Part shown: positions 1-9,611 of the stretch, in pieces
How positions within the stretch are numbered: position 1 is the first letter of the stretch
Layout of the letters: every line of letters starts with the position of its first letter
Assembly (NCBI GenBank): GCA_041651415.1
Contig: JBAZJH010000002.1
Location: 111,075-175,074, forward strand
Direction: 5' to 3'
Length of the DNA stretch: 64,000 nt
DNA from: Minisyncoccota bacterium
GTDB taxonomy: Bacteria > Patescibacteriota > Minisyncoccia > UBA6257 > XYB1-36-10
Made by a program: the position numbers and the translations under genes
The notes under the pieces: generated by a model
Told to the model about the DNA's origin: nothing
What the model saw: only the letters and a program-made list of their open reading frames with translations
The model's database searches: none

Positions 1-2
1 GA

Positions 3-980
3 GCGGCATTTTTAATTTCAGAATTGATAAGAAAAAAAACAATCGAAGTAAAAAATATTTTGGGGATTATTTCTTTAGGGGCAATTTTTCAATCAGCGGT
101 CGCCTTTTTCCAATTTAAGTTTCAAAAAAGCTTGGGATTATATTTTTTAGGAGAACCAATGTTAAGTTCAAACACTCCCGGAATAAGCAAAATAACAGCG
201 GATGGCGCAAAAATCATAAGAGCTTACGGAACTTTTTTACACCCGAATATTCTCTCGGCATTTTTAATAATGGGATTTTTAGCGCTTCTTTATTTTTATT
301 TTAAAAAAGAAAATTTGAAGGAAAAAATTTTAATACTTATCTTTTCTTATCCGGTTTTGCTCGCCATAATTTTGACTTTTTCAAGACAGGCGTGGATAGC
401 TCTTCTTATGTCAATTTTCTTTTTATCCATAATGATTATTTTGAAAAAGAAAATGACGGGAGTTAAAAAAATGATTCCTATTTTTCTAGCTTTAGTTTTT
501 GCAGTGATTCCGGCAAAAGATTTTATTTTAGAAAGAGCTCCGATTTCGACAAAGGAAGACGCGGTAACGGAAAGATTAGCCTATAACGAAATGGGAATCA
601 GTTTAATAAAAGAAAATCCATTCGGGAGCGGACTTGGAACACAAGTATCTTACGCTTATAAAAACGGATTTTATGAAAAATTCGGGATGACAAAAAGCTG
701 GCTTTGGCAGCCGATTCATAATATTTATTTATTAATTGCGAGCGAAACGGGGATTTTGGGAATAACGCTATTTCTAGCGTTTGTTTTGAGTTTGCTTATT
801 CCAATAAAAAAAATAAGTTTAGAAATAGCGGTCATAAAAATAAATTTTTTGGCGTTTTTGATAATCGGGATAAGCGACCACTTTTTTTGGACAATCGGAC
901 AGGGACAAATAATGCTTTGGCTTTTGATTGGACTTTTAATGCAAAATTCTTGTAAAATAGAAAATCAAGAGAGTATTTAA
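3..980 (+). CDS. O-antigen ligase/Wzy-like polytopic membrane protein (5' truncated by window edge)
   Basis: RAYGTFLHPN, LTFSRQAW and PIHNIYLLIASETGILG motifs typical of the O-antigen ligase family; many TM segments; reading frame open to window start. Confidence 0.8.
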   Translation, partial: AAFLISELIRKKTIEVKNILGIISLGAIFQSAVAFFQFKFQKSLGLYFLGEPMLSSNTPGISKITADGAKIIRAYGTFLHPNILSAFLIMGFLALLYFYFKKENLKEKILILIFSYPVLLAIILTFSRQAWIALLMSIFFLSIMIILKKKMTGVKKMIPIFLALVFAVIPAKDFILERAPISTKEDAVTERLAYNEMGISLIKENPFGSGLGTQVSYAYKNGFYEKFGMTKSWLWQPIHNIYLLIASETGILGITLFLAFVLSLLIPIKKISLEIAVIKINFLAFLIIGISDHFFWTIGQGQIMLWLLIGLLMQNSCKIENQESI

Positions 981-984
981 AAAA

Positions 985-1057
985 GGGCGGTTAGCTCAGC
1001 TGGTAGAGCATCTCGTTTACACCGAGAGGGTCACAGGTTCGAGTCCTGTACCGCCCA
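985..1057 (+). tRNA. tRNA-Val(TAC)
   Basis: Cloverleaf GGGCGGTTAGCTCAG...; anticodon arm TCTCG-TTTACAC-CGAGA; T arm GGTTCGAGTCC. Confidence 0.97.
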
Positions 1058-1099
1058 CAAGAAAGTTGTTTCTATTAATAGATATAAATCTTAAAAATA

Positions 1100-1128
1100 T
1101 TGACACTCCCCTATTAAGAGAGTAGAAT
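1100..1128 (+). promoter_or_regulatory. sigma70-type promoter
   Basis: TTGACA-17bp-TAGAAT upstream of the small ORFs at 1175 and 1245. Confidence 0.65.
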
Positions 1129-1244
1129 AAAAAAAGCACGGGAGGTTTTCCTTAAAAATTCAGAAGGGAGGGAAATGATGTTGGTTGAGGAAATAAGGAA
1201 GGCCTCAGATAGCACATTCTAAAAAAACACGGGAGACGCAAAAA

Positions 1245-1451
1245 ATGGGAAAATCAAAAGAACAAAACGACGGAATGGTGGTAATGGAAAAACCGAAGGC
1301 GCCGGAGGGAACGTGCCGATGCTGTGGCATAAAAATAGCAGTCGGCGAAGTAAAAAAGAGCGAACCTGGATATTGCTTATCTTGCTCTCAAAAAATATGG
1401 AGAGCAAGAAAAATCGGAGAAGGAACCTGTATTAAAATGGTTTTCGCCTGA
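1245..1451 (+). CDS. small putative zinc-ribbon protein
   Basis: CRCCG...CLSC Cys pairs, GGGAG SD, own promoter and terminator. Confidence 0.6.
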   Translation: MGKSKEQNDGMVVMEKPKAPEGTCRCCGIKIAVGEVKKSEPGYCLSCSQKIWRARKIGEGTCIKMVFA

Positions 1452-1457
1452 TAGCAC

Positions 1458-1496
1458 AATCCCCTGTCTCATATAAAATGAGGCAGGGGATTTTTT
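1458..1496 (+). terminator. intrinsic terminator
   Basis: ATCCCCTGTCTCAT/ATGAGGCAGGGGAT hairpin followed by a T-run. Confidence 0.8.
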
Positions 1497-1538
1497 GTTT
1501 GTTCGGAAGTTCGGCAATTGCCGAAGGAAAGGCAAATT

Positions 1539-2010
1539 TGTTTCACGTGAAACAAATAAATTATATTATCAATAAGATAATAATGTATTTCTTCGACAAA
1601 CTCAGAAAGTAAGTCGAGTGTTTGACGTGAAACATTGTTTTTTATGATTGTTTATTTATGCGGTTTTTTATAAATAGTGTTTTACGTGAAACACTATTTT
1701 TATTTTTTAGGCAGTTTTAATGTTTAACGTGAAACATTGTAATTGCCTGTTTTGACGTTTCACGTGAAACAATTTTTTAGAATTGGCTTATTTATGAGAA
1801 TATCCGGTTAAAAATTAAAGAGAAGACAAAATTTAAATATTTTTAGTGTTTTACGTGAAACATTAAAAAGGAGAGAAAGAAGGTTTTTGAGGTGTTTTAA
1901 TTGTTTCACGTGAAACAATATTATAGATATCCTTTATTTATGCGGATATCGGGTTTCTTTTTTGAGTGATATAATGATTTTAAGATAGTTTTAATGTTTG
2001 ACGTGAAACA
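1539..2010. repeat. cluster of 8 parS (ParB-binding) sites
   Basis: TGTTTCACGTGAAACA or 1-mismatch variants starting at 1539, 1619, 1678, 1721, 1756, 1847, 1902, 1995. Confidence 0.92.
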
Positions 2011-2015
2011 TTGCA

Positions 2016-2414
2016 ATGGCTAAACATATAGAAATAGGACGAAAAGGAGAAGAAATCGCTTGTGGATATCTTTTAAAAAAAGGGTATAAGTTGGTAGAAA
2101 GAAATTATCGAGAAAAATATGGAGAAATTGATATTATCGCTATAAATAAGGCTAAAATCTTAGTTTTTGTTGAGGTTAAAACATTAAAAATAGCGAATAT
2201 TGCCGAAGTGGATAATTCGGCAAAATTGGGGATAACTCCGGAAGATAACCTAACGGGAGTAAAATTGGCTAAAGTTAGGAGAACTGCTGAATTCTATGCC
2301 AATAGCCATCCGGAATTTATAAAAGAGGGAAAAGGATGGCAAATAGATCTTCTAGCGATTTTTTCAGAGGAAGAAGGCAGATATTTAATAAGGCATTATG
2401 AGAATGCGTCATAA
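2016..2414 (+). CDS. yraN: YraN family (UPF0102) nuclease-like protein
   Basis: GRKGEEIA...ERNYR...GEIDIIA...LVFVEVK motifs. Confidence 0.9.
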   Translation: MAKHIEIGRKGEEIACGYLLKKGYKLVERNYREKYGEIDIIAINKAKILVFVEVKTLKIANIAEVDNSAKLGITPEDNLTGVKLAKVRRTAEFYANSHPEFIKEGKGWQIDLLAIFSEEEGRYLIRHYENAS

Positions 2415-2536
2415 AAGTAAAAAGTTTTTAAAGTTAGTAAAGTTTAAAGAGGGAAGAGGGTTTGTTTGACAAATTATTTATTTTATATCGTGATAAAAAA
2501 GTAGCTTGGCGCACACCTTTCAAGGAAGATTTTTTA

Positions 2537-2606
2537 TTGACAAAAGATTTAAGAGGAGTAGAATTATTTGTAAGTATGATCCGCTAATGATAAGCGGATT
2601 TGTTTT
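2537..2606 (+). promoter_or_regulatory. nusA promoter with leader hairpin (possible attenuator)
   Basis: TTGACA-16-TAGAAT then ATCCGCT/AGCGGAT hairpin and T-rich tail. Confidence 0.45.
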
Positions 2607-2755
2607 ATATTTAGGGAGGTAAAAATTAAGGTATCCCCATGCCTACCGGTAGGCAGAGCAGGCAAGCTTCGACAAGTTCAGGGATTAAAGTAAAAAATAA
2701 AGTTTTTTAAATAGGTTTTAAAAATAAAAAATTATAATTAAAAAAATAAATATAG

Positions 2756-2775
2756 ATTCCCGCTTGCGCGGGAAT
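2756..2775. repeat. REP-like palindrome ATTCCC-N8-GGGAAT
   Basis: ATTCCCGCTTGCGCGGGAAT just upstream of nusA. Confidence 0.55.
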
Positions 2776-2784
2776 GACATAATT

Positions 2785-3945
2785 ATGGATTTAAAAGAAT
2801 TAGCAAAAATAGTGCGAATGCTGGCGGAAGAAAAAAAAATAGACGAGGGAAAAATAATCGAGGTGATTGAGGCATCGCTCGCCGCGGCTTACCGAAAAGA
2901 ATACGGGCATAAAGGAATGGCGGTAAAAGCGACTCTTGATTTAAAAACCGGAGAGGTTAATTTTAAACAAACCAAAACAGTGGTCGACGAAACAATGGTT
3001 CGAATAGTGGAAGAAGGAGAAGAAGAACAAACAGAAACAGCGCCGGAAGAAGACGGAGTTTTGCCAAGATATAATTCAGACAGACACATATTTTTAGAAG
3101 AAGCGAAAAAAATAAAAAAGGACGCAAAATTGGAAGATGAAATTTCTTTTCCGCTCGAAGCGCCAAAAGAAGAGTTCGGAAGAATTGCGGCGCAAACCGC
3201 TAAACAAAATATTTTACAAAGATTAAGAGAAGTGGAAAGAGAATCTATAACGGATGAATTTAAAGGAAAAGAGGAAGCGATTATAAGCGGAACAGTAAGA
3301 AGGTTTGAAAGAGGAAGCGTTTACGTTGATTTAGGAAGAGCAGAAGGAGTGATGTTTGCAAGCGAATCAATGCCCGGAGAACATTACAGAATAGGGGAGA
3401 GATTAAAATTTTTTATTATCGCCGTGCAAAGCGAGGGAAGAGGGGCGGGAATTATTTTATCAAGAAGACATCCGAAATTCATAAGCAAGCTTTTTGAAAC
3501 GGAAGTGCCGGAAATCGCAGACGGAACCGTGGAAATAAAAGCAATCGCGAGAGAAGCGGGAAGCAGAACAAAAGTGGCGGTGTTTTCCAACGATGAAAGC
3601 GTGGATGCCGTCGGAAGCTTTGTGGGGCAACGCGGAACAAGAGTGATGGCGGTGAATAATGAAATCGGACAGGAAAAATTAGACATCATAGAATGGTCGG
3701 AAAATCCGGAAGTGTTTGTGACGCATGCTTTGTCTCCAGCAAAAGTTTCCAGAGTGGAAATGGGAGACAGAAGAGAGATTGTGGTTTTTGTTCCGGAAGA
3801 CCAATTGTCGCTTGCAATCGGAAGAGGCGGACAAAATGTGAGATTGGCGGCGAAACTTACCGGATTAAAGATAGACGTGCGGTCGGAATCAAATCCAGAA
3901 GAAAAGATAGAAGGCGGAATAGCAGAAGCGGAAGAGGAAGTTTAA
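2785..3945 (+). CDS. nusA: transcription termination/antitermination factor NusA
   Basis: FGRIAAQTAKQ, S1 domain, AREAGSRTKVAV, LAIGRGGQNVRLAAKLTG KH motifs; ATG at 2785 preferred over TTG 2764. Confidence 0.97.
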   Translation: MDLKELAKIVRMLAEEKKIDEGKIIEVIEASLAAAYRKEYGHKGMAVKATLDLKTGEVNFKQTKTVVDETMVRIVEEGEEEQTETAPEEDGVLPRYNSDRHIFLEEAKKIKKDAKLEDEISFPLEAPKEEFGRIAAQTAKQNILQRLREVERESITDEFKGKEEAIISGTVRRFERGSVYVDLGRAEGVMFASESMPGEHYRIGERLKFFIIAVQSEGRGAGIILSRRHPKFISKLFETEVPEIADGTVEIKAIAREAGSRTKVAVFSNDESVDAVGSFVGQRGTRVMAVNNEIGQEKLDIIEWSENPEVFVTHALSPAKVSRVEMGDRREIVVFVPEDQLSLAIGRGGQNVRLAAKLTGLKIDVRSESNPEEKIEGGIAEAEEEV

Positions 3946-4074
3946 ATAATGTAATCCTTCAACAAGCTCAGAAACTAATAGTCGTTTTACTTTATTCAAA
4001 TAGACCGAGCAGAAAAAAAGTTGAAAAAAACAAAAAAATCAATTATAAGTTTCTTAAAATTAAACCAATAAATT

Positions 4075-6069
4075 ATGATTAATTATTTAATATTTGTTCC
4101 AGTCGCGGCAGCTCTTTTATACAGCGTCTATTTAATATTGTGGATAAAGAAGCAAAAACCAGGGAACGAAAAGATGGAAAAAATATCAAGAGCGATATTA
4201 GAGGGTTCAAGAGCTTATTTAAACAGGCAATATAAAACAGTGGCAGCAGTAGCAATAGTTTTATATTTAATCATTTGGTATGCCTTAGGAATAACAACGG
4301 CCGCCGGATTTTTAACCGGAGCCATAGCTTCAGCTTTAGCCGGATACATCGGAATGAATGTGGCGGTGAAATCAAATTCAAAAACCACAGCGGCGGCGGA
4401 AAACGGATTAAAGAGCGCTTTAAATTTAGCCTTTAAGGCAGGGTCCGTGACCGGATTTATGGTGGTGGCTTTGGCGCTTCTTGCGGTGGCTTCATTTTAT
4501 ATTTACACAAAAGAAATAAGCGCGCTTATCGGACTTGGATTCGGAGCAAGCTTAATTTCAATTTTTGCAAGATTAGGAGGAGGAATTTATACAAAAGGAG
4601 CGGATGTCGGAGCAGACTTAGTGGGAAAGGTGGAAGCGGGAATTCCGGAAGACGACCCGAGAAATCCAGCCGTGATAGCCGACAACGTAGGAGACAACGT
4701 GGGTGATTGCGCGGGAATGGCGGCAGACCTTTTTGAAACTTATGCCGTAACAATAACGGCGGCGATTTTACTCGGAACATCGGTTCTTTCATCGGGCGCA
4801 GGAAGCATTTACACAACTTTTCCTTTAGTTCTCGGAGGACTCGCGATTATTGCTTCCATAATCGGTTCATGGTTTGTGAGAGCGGGAAAAGAAGACGACC
4901 TTTCAGCCACAAATATTATGGGAGCTCTTTATAAAGGGCTGTGGGCGTCTCTTATAATTTCAGGAATATTTTTCTTTTACGCTTCAAAATATTTTTTCCA
5001 AGAAAATTATGAAAATATTTTTTATTCATCTTTGATCGGACTCATAGTGACAATATTGATGGTTTTGGCAACCGATTTTTACACTTCAAAAAAATACAGA
5101 CCGGTTAAAGAAATCGCCAAGTCATCAAATTCCGGACATGGAACAAACATAATCATGGGACTTTCAATCGGAATGGAAGCAACAGTTATACCAATCTTAA
5201 TAATTACAGCCGGAATGCTTGCTAGTTTTTATTTAAACGGAATTTATGGGGTGGCGATAGCGGCCGTCGGAATGCTGTCGGTGGCTGGGATAGTGGTGGC
5301 AATAGATTCATTCGGACCGATAACCGACAATGCCGGAGGAATAGCAGAGATGTCGGAGGCGCCTGAAAAGATCAGAAGAGTAACAGACGCGCTTGACGCC
5401 GTCGGAAACACGACAAAAGCGGTAACAAAAGGATACGCCATCGCTTCGGCTGGACTTGCGGCTATAGTGCTTTTTTCCGGATATGTGGAAGAATTGGCAA
5501 AAATGGCGAAAGAAGCAACATTTGGATTAGAAAATCCATATATTTTAGCCGGATTGTTTTTAGGAGCAGCAGTGCCTTATTTATTTGCTTCTATCGCAAT
5601 GAAAGCGGTAGGAAAGACAGCCGGTTCGGTAGTGGATGAAGTGAGAAGACAATTTAAAGAAAAACCGGGAATAATGGATTTTAAAGAAAAACCGGATTAT
5701 GGAAAAGCGGTGGATATTGTGACAAAGGCAGCCATAAAAGAAATGGTGTGGCCGGCTCTTATTCCAATAGTAACAGTTGTGGCAGTGGGACTTATTCTTG
5801 GCGCAGAAGCTTTGGGAGGATTTTTAATCGGTTCAATAATTACCGGAATGTTTGTGGCTTTATCAATGACTTCAGGAGGAGCGGCTTGGGATAATGCCAA
5901 AAAGTTTATAGAAGACGGAAATTACGGCGGAAAAGGGTCAGAAGCCCACAAGGCGGCAGTGACCGGAGACACAGTAGGAGACCCATATAAAGACACAGCG
6001 GGACCGGCGATAAATCCTTTAATAAAAGTGATGAATATTATTGCTCTTCTTTTGGCTAAATTTCTCTAA
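4075..6069 (+). CDS. hppA: membrane-bound pyrophosphatase, likely K+-independent H+-PPase
   Basis: [45 protein letters not shown] motifs. Confidence 0.96.
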   Translation: MINYLIFVPVAAALLYSVYLILWIKKQKPGNEKMEKISRAILEGSRAYLNRQYKTVAAVAIVLYLIIWYALGITTAAGFLTGAIASALAGYIGMNVAVKSNSKTTAAAENGLKSALNLAFKAGSVTGFMVVALALLAVASFYIYTKEISALIGLGFGASLISIFARLGGGIYTKGADVGADLVGKVEAGIPEDDPRNPAVIADNVGDNVGDCAGMAADLFETYAVTITAAILLGTSVLSSGAGSIYTTFPLVLGGLAIIASIIGSWFVRAGKEDDLSATNIMGALYKGLWASLIISGIFFFYASKYFFQENYENIFYSSLIGLIVTILMVLATDFYTSKKYRPVKEIAKSSNSGHGTNIIMGLSIGMEATVIPILIITAGMLASFYLNGIYGVAIAAVGMLSVAGIVVAIDSFGPITDNAGGIAEMSEAPEKIRRVTDALDAVGNTTKAVTKGYAIASAGLAAIVLFSGYVEELAKMAKEATFGLENPYILAGLFLGAAVPYLFASIAMKAVGKTAGSVVDEVRRQFKEKPGIMDFKEKPDYGKAVDIVTKAAIKEMVWPALIPIVTVVAVGLILGAEALGGFLIGSIITGMFVALSMTSGGAAWDNAKKFIEDGNYGGKGSEAHKAAVTGDTVGDPYKDTAGPAINPLIKVMNIIALLLAKFL

Positions 6070-6072
6070 AAT

Positions 6073-7116
6073 ATGGATTTAAAGATAAATAAAAAAAGCG
6101 GCTCAGAGGCCGAAGTGGAAGCATCACTCACCGAAGAAGAGTTCGGAGAGTTTTTTGAAAACTCAGCCCGAGACGAAATGGCAAAGGTGGAAATAAAAGG
6201 ATTCAGAAAAGGACAAGCGCCGGAAAAAATAGCCAGAGAATATATCAACTATGATAAAGCGTTTGAAAAGGCGGCGGAAAGAGCGATAAAGGCAATTTTA
6301 AAAAAAGCGACGGAAGAAAACGAATGGGATTTGATAGACGCGCCGAAAGTGGAAATTTTAGAAGCAAAAGAAGGATTTAAATTTAAAGCGAATTTGGTTT
6401 TTTTGCCGGAAGTAAAATTAAACGATTATAAAAAAATCGCGAAGGAGGCAAACAAAGAAGCAAAAGAAAAAATAGAAAAAATAACAGTGGAAAAGAAGGA
6501 GGTGGAAGAAGCGGTTGATTGGCTGATGCATTCAAGGGAACACGACCACAAAGAAGGAGAAAAATGCGAGCACCAAGAGGAAGAAAAAAAAGAATTGACC
6601 GACGAGATGGCTAAGACTTTCGGAGATTTTAAAACAGCGGAAGAACTTAAAAAAAGCATTGAAGAAGGAATAAAAGCGGAAAAAATAATAAGGGAAGCCG
6701 ACAAAAACAGGGCAAAAATAATAAATAAGATTTCAGAAGAAGCTAAAATAGACGTGCCGGAAGTGATGATAAAAAAGATGGCAGAAAATATGAAAGAAGA
6801 AATAAAAGAAAGTTTAGGAGGAGAAGAGAAGTATAATGAGTATATAAAAAAGAATTTTGAAGGGAAAGAAGATGAGCTTTTAAAAAAATTCAGCGACCAA
6901 TCATTAAAAGAAATAAAAGCTCATTTAATAATTGATGAGATAGCAAGAGGGGAGAGAGTGATGCCGGAAGAAAAAGAAGTGGAAGAAGAAATGACAAAGA
7001 TATTAAACACAGTGGCGCCAGATAAAAGAAGCGAAGCAAATTTAAAAAGAATTTACGATTATAGTTTCGGAAAAGTAAAAAATGAAAAGGTTTTCAAATT
7101 TTTAGAAAAAATTTAA
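6073..7116 (+). CDS. tig: trigger factor (short form, FKBP domain apparently missing)
   Basis: GFRKGQAP ribosome-binding signature; directly upstream of clpP. Confidence 0.9.
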   Translation: MDLKINKKSGSEAEVEASLTEEEFGEFFENSARDEMAKVEIKGFRKGQAPEKIAREYINYDKAFEKAAERAIKAILKKATEENEWDLIDAPKVEILEAKEGFKFKANLVFLPEVKLNDYKKIAKEANKEAKEKIEKITVEKKEVEEAVDWLMHSREHDHKEGEKCEHQEEEKKELTDEMAKTFGDFKTAEELKKSIEEGIKAEKIIREADKNRAKIINKISEEAKIDVPEVMIKKMAENMKEEIKESLGGEEKYNEYIKKNFEGKEDELLKKFSDQSLKEIKAHLIIDEIARGERVMPEEKEVEEEMTKILNTVAPDKRSEANLKRIYDYSFGKVKNEKVFKFLEKI

Positions 7117-7120
7117 AAAT

Positions 7121-7708
7121 ATGAATTTAATACCAACAGTTATAGAAAAAACAAGCGGAGGAGAAAGGGCTTACGATATTTATTCAAGATTGCTTAAAGA
7201 AAGAATAATTTTTCTTGGCGGACCGATAAACGACGCCATAGCCAACACGATAATCGCTCAATTAATACTTCTAGAGCATGAAGACCCAAAGAAAGACATA
7301 AAGCTTTACATCAATAGCCCAGGCGGGTCAGTGACGGCAGGAATGGCAATTTATGACACGATGCAAATAATAAAGCCGGACGTAACAACTGTGTGCGTGG
7401 GAATGGCAGCTTCAATGGCGGCGGTATTGCTTGCGGCTGGAAAAAAAGGAAAAAGAATCGCTTTGCCAAATTCAGTGATTTTACTGCATCAGGTGATGGG
7501 AGGAGTGGAGGGACAAGCGACAGAAATAGAGATAACCGCAAGACAGATATTAAAAATCAAACAAAGATTAAATGAGATTTTAGCGAAACACACCGGACAA
7601 TCCTTATCTAAAATAGAGAAAGACACAGACCGAGATTTTTATATGAGCTCAGAAGAAGCAAAAAAATACGGAGTGATAGATGAAATAATAAAGAGTAATA
7701 AGAAATAG
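7121..7708 (+). CDS. clpP: ATP-dependent Clp protease proteolytic subunit
   Basis: [38 protein letters not shown] motifs. Confidence 0.98.
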   Translation: MNLIPTVIEKTSGGERAYDIYSRLLKERIIFLGGPINDAIANTIIAQLILLEHEDPKKDIKLYINSPGGSVTAGMAIYDTMQIIKPDVTTVCVGMAASMAAVLLAAGKKGKRIALPNSVILLHQVMGGVEGQATEIEITARQILKIKQRLNEILAKHTGQSLSKIEKDTDRDFYMSSEEAKKYGVIDEIIKSNKK

Positions 7709-7732
7709 GGAACAGAAAGGTAAAAAAATCTA

Positions 7733-8167
7733 TTATTCTAAAATCGGTTTAATGACAACATGACGCATTTTTCCTTCGCCTTCGCTTTCAGTTTTAATAT
7801 CGGGGCGCATGGCAAGTTCCATATGAATAAGACGCCTTTCGTAAGAATTCATAATAGGGAGAGCAATAATGTCCTTAGTCATTAAAGCTTTTCTCGCGGC
7901 GGCTTTAGCCAGTTCGGCAATTATTTTTTCTCTTTCCAAACGATAATTATTGACATCGACAGTAAAAGCAGGGGAGTTCAATCTTCGGCTAACCAGCTGA
8001 CCAAGAAGATTAAAGTTTTCAATAATTCCCGGAATGTTTTTTTTGATTAAAGGGTCTTCGCTTAAAAAAAGACTGAGGCGGCGGCCTTCTTCATTTATTT
8101 CAACGCTAAATTCACCGATGTTCATCAGTCTTAAGAGTTCCTCGAAGATTTTCTTTATCTCGGTCAT
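7733..8167 (-). CDS. jag: Jag/KhpB-like R3H-domain RNA-binding protein
   Basis: DVNNYR and MNSYERRLIH (R3H) motifs; downstream of yidC. Confidence 0.85.
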   Translation of the reverse strand: MTEIKKIFEELLRLMNIGEFSVEINEEGRRLSLFLSEDPLIKKNIPGIIENFNLLGQLVSRRLNSPAFTVDVNNYRLEREKIIAELAKAAARKALMTKDIIALPIMNSYERRLIHMELAMRPDIKTESEGEGKMRHVVIKPILE

Positions 8168-8864
8168 TTTTTTTAAGAGAATTATTGATAATTATCTGTT
8201 GAAGAGAAGAAAAGATGGAAGTGGTTATCCAATAAAGCCCAACAACGGAAGGAAGGCTATAGAGAATAAAAAAGGTCAAAAAAGGACCGATTAAAACCAT
8301 CTTTTTCCCTAAATCCTCCGCCGGGTTTTGTGATTTACCGCGAGAAGCGGGAAGACTTAGCCAGCCTTGAAAGTATTGAAAAGCAGCCGCTAAGACAACA
8401 ACAATAATACTAGGTTCTTTTAAATTTATCAAGCCAAGAAAAGAAAAATTAAAACTTTCCGGCTTAGGAACAAAAGAATAGAGGAGGGAAAAACTATCAG
8501 TTGAAGAAAGCCCATAATAAAAAACGTGAAAAAGGGCTAAAAGAATAGGGAGCTGAATCAGCAAAAGAAGAATGCCGGAAAAAGGATTAATCTTATTTTC
8601 CTTATAAATTTCCATTATTCTTTTTACTTGCTCCTCTTTATTATCTTTGAAATTATCAGAAATTTCTTTTATTTTAGGCTGAATTTTTTGAATAATAGCC
8701 TGATTTTTACTGCCTTTATGAAAAAGAGGGAAGAGAATTAAGCGAATAAAGACAGTTAAAAGAATAACCGCCAAACCAAGGTCTTCAAAAGAAATAAAAT
8801 CATAAATAAAAACTAAAGCGTTTAAAAGAGGACGATAAAGAAATTCATTATATAAAAAGGACAT
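8112..8864 (-). CDS. yidC: membrane protein insertase YidC/Oxa1 family
   Basis: LTVFIRLILFPL, IQPKIKEI, LIQLPIL, LYWITT motifs; synteny with rnpA/rpmH. Confidence 0.93.
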   Translation of the reverse strand: MSFLYNEFLYRPLLNALVFIYDFISFEDLGLAVILLTVFIRLILFPLFHKGSKNQAIIQKIQPKIKEISDNFKDNKEEQVKRIMEIYKENKINPFSGILLLLIQLPILLALFHVFYYGLSSTDSFSLLYSFVPKPESFNFSFLGLINLKEPSIIVVVLAAAFQYFQGWLSLPASRGKSQNPAEDLGKKMVLIGPFLTFFILYSLPSVVGLYWITTSIFSSLQQIIINNSLKKNDRDKENLRGTLKTDEHR

Positions 8865-8868
8865 TTTA

Positions 8869-9198
8869 TTATTTTAGGCTCTCAAAGGCTGTTTTTAAAC
8901 AGTCTAAAAATATTTTTATGCCAAGAACCGACTTAGAAGAGGGGTTAATTATGATTAAAGTGTCATTTCCTTTAGGAAGAGATGGAAGATTGAGTCGAAT
9001 CCATTCAAAAATAGCTCTTTTTAACTTATTGCGATAAACCGATCTTTTATCGTATTTTGAGGAAATAATAAGGTTAAATCTGCTAAAATCCTTATTATTA
9101 GGGATTATTTTAAGAGAGAGATGACTTTTTTTAACGATTTTTAAGGGGGAAGCTTTTTTAAAGCTTTCAACAGAAAACTTATATTTTTTCTTTAACAT
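8869..9198 (-). CDS. rnpA: ribonuclease P protein component
   Basis: ISSKYDKRSVYRNKLKR (RNR-like) motif; synteny. Confidence 0.88.
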   Translation of the reverse strand: MLKKKYKFSVESFKKASPLKIVKKSHLSLKIIPNNKDFSRFNLIISSKYDKRSVYRNKLKRAIFEWIRLNLPSLPKGNDTLIIINPSSKSVLGIKIFLDCLKTAFESLK

Positions 9199-9210
9199 AA
9201 AAGCCAAAAA

Positions 9211-9345
9211 CTAAACAGAAAGCTTTTTTCTTCCTTTTCTTCTTCTGTTTTTTAGAACTTTTCTGCCAGTCGGACTCTTTTTTCTGACTAAAAAGCCGTG
9301 GGTTTTGCTTCTTTTTCTCTTTTTTGGTTGATAAGTTTGAGACAT
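9211..9345 (-). CDS. rpmH: 50S ribosomal protein L34 (not in ORF track)
   Basis: Translated by hand: [44 protein letters not shown]. Confidence 0.95.
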   Translation of the reverse strand: MSQTYQPKKRKRSKTHGFLVRKKSPTGRKVLKNRRRKGRKKLSV

Positions 9346-9443
9346 AACCAGTTAAATTTAACATTGAAGAATTTTTTTTGCAAATTTTGGCAAGTTATTA
9401 CCTTTTAAAACAAAAAACATGGGTTTGTAAAATAATTTTAATG

Positions 9444-9452
9444 ATATCCACA
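9444..9452 (+). promoter_or_regulatory. DnaA box-like site
   Basis: ATATCCACA, 1 mismatch to TTATCCACA, upstream of dnaA. Confidence 0.4.
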
Positions 9453-9611
9453 GGAAATGCACAAAAGGGGAAAAAACGGTTTTTTGAACTTTGAGGAGTA
9501 TGAGAGTAAAATGTGAGGAGATTTTGTTTTTCGTTAAAAAAAAATAATTTTTATTGAATAATTTTAGAAATATTTAACGGGGTAAATTATAATTTTAAAA
9601 AAATAAAAAAT

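Noticed and set aside
1539-2010. CRISPR array
   Set aside because: Repeats are 16-bp parS palindromes with irregular spacing (about 35-95 bp), and there are no cas genes in the window
9179-9364. 61-aa ORF in the track
   Set aside because: Wrong frame; the real gene is rpmH at 9211..9345
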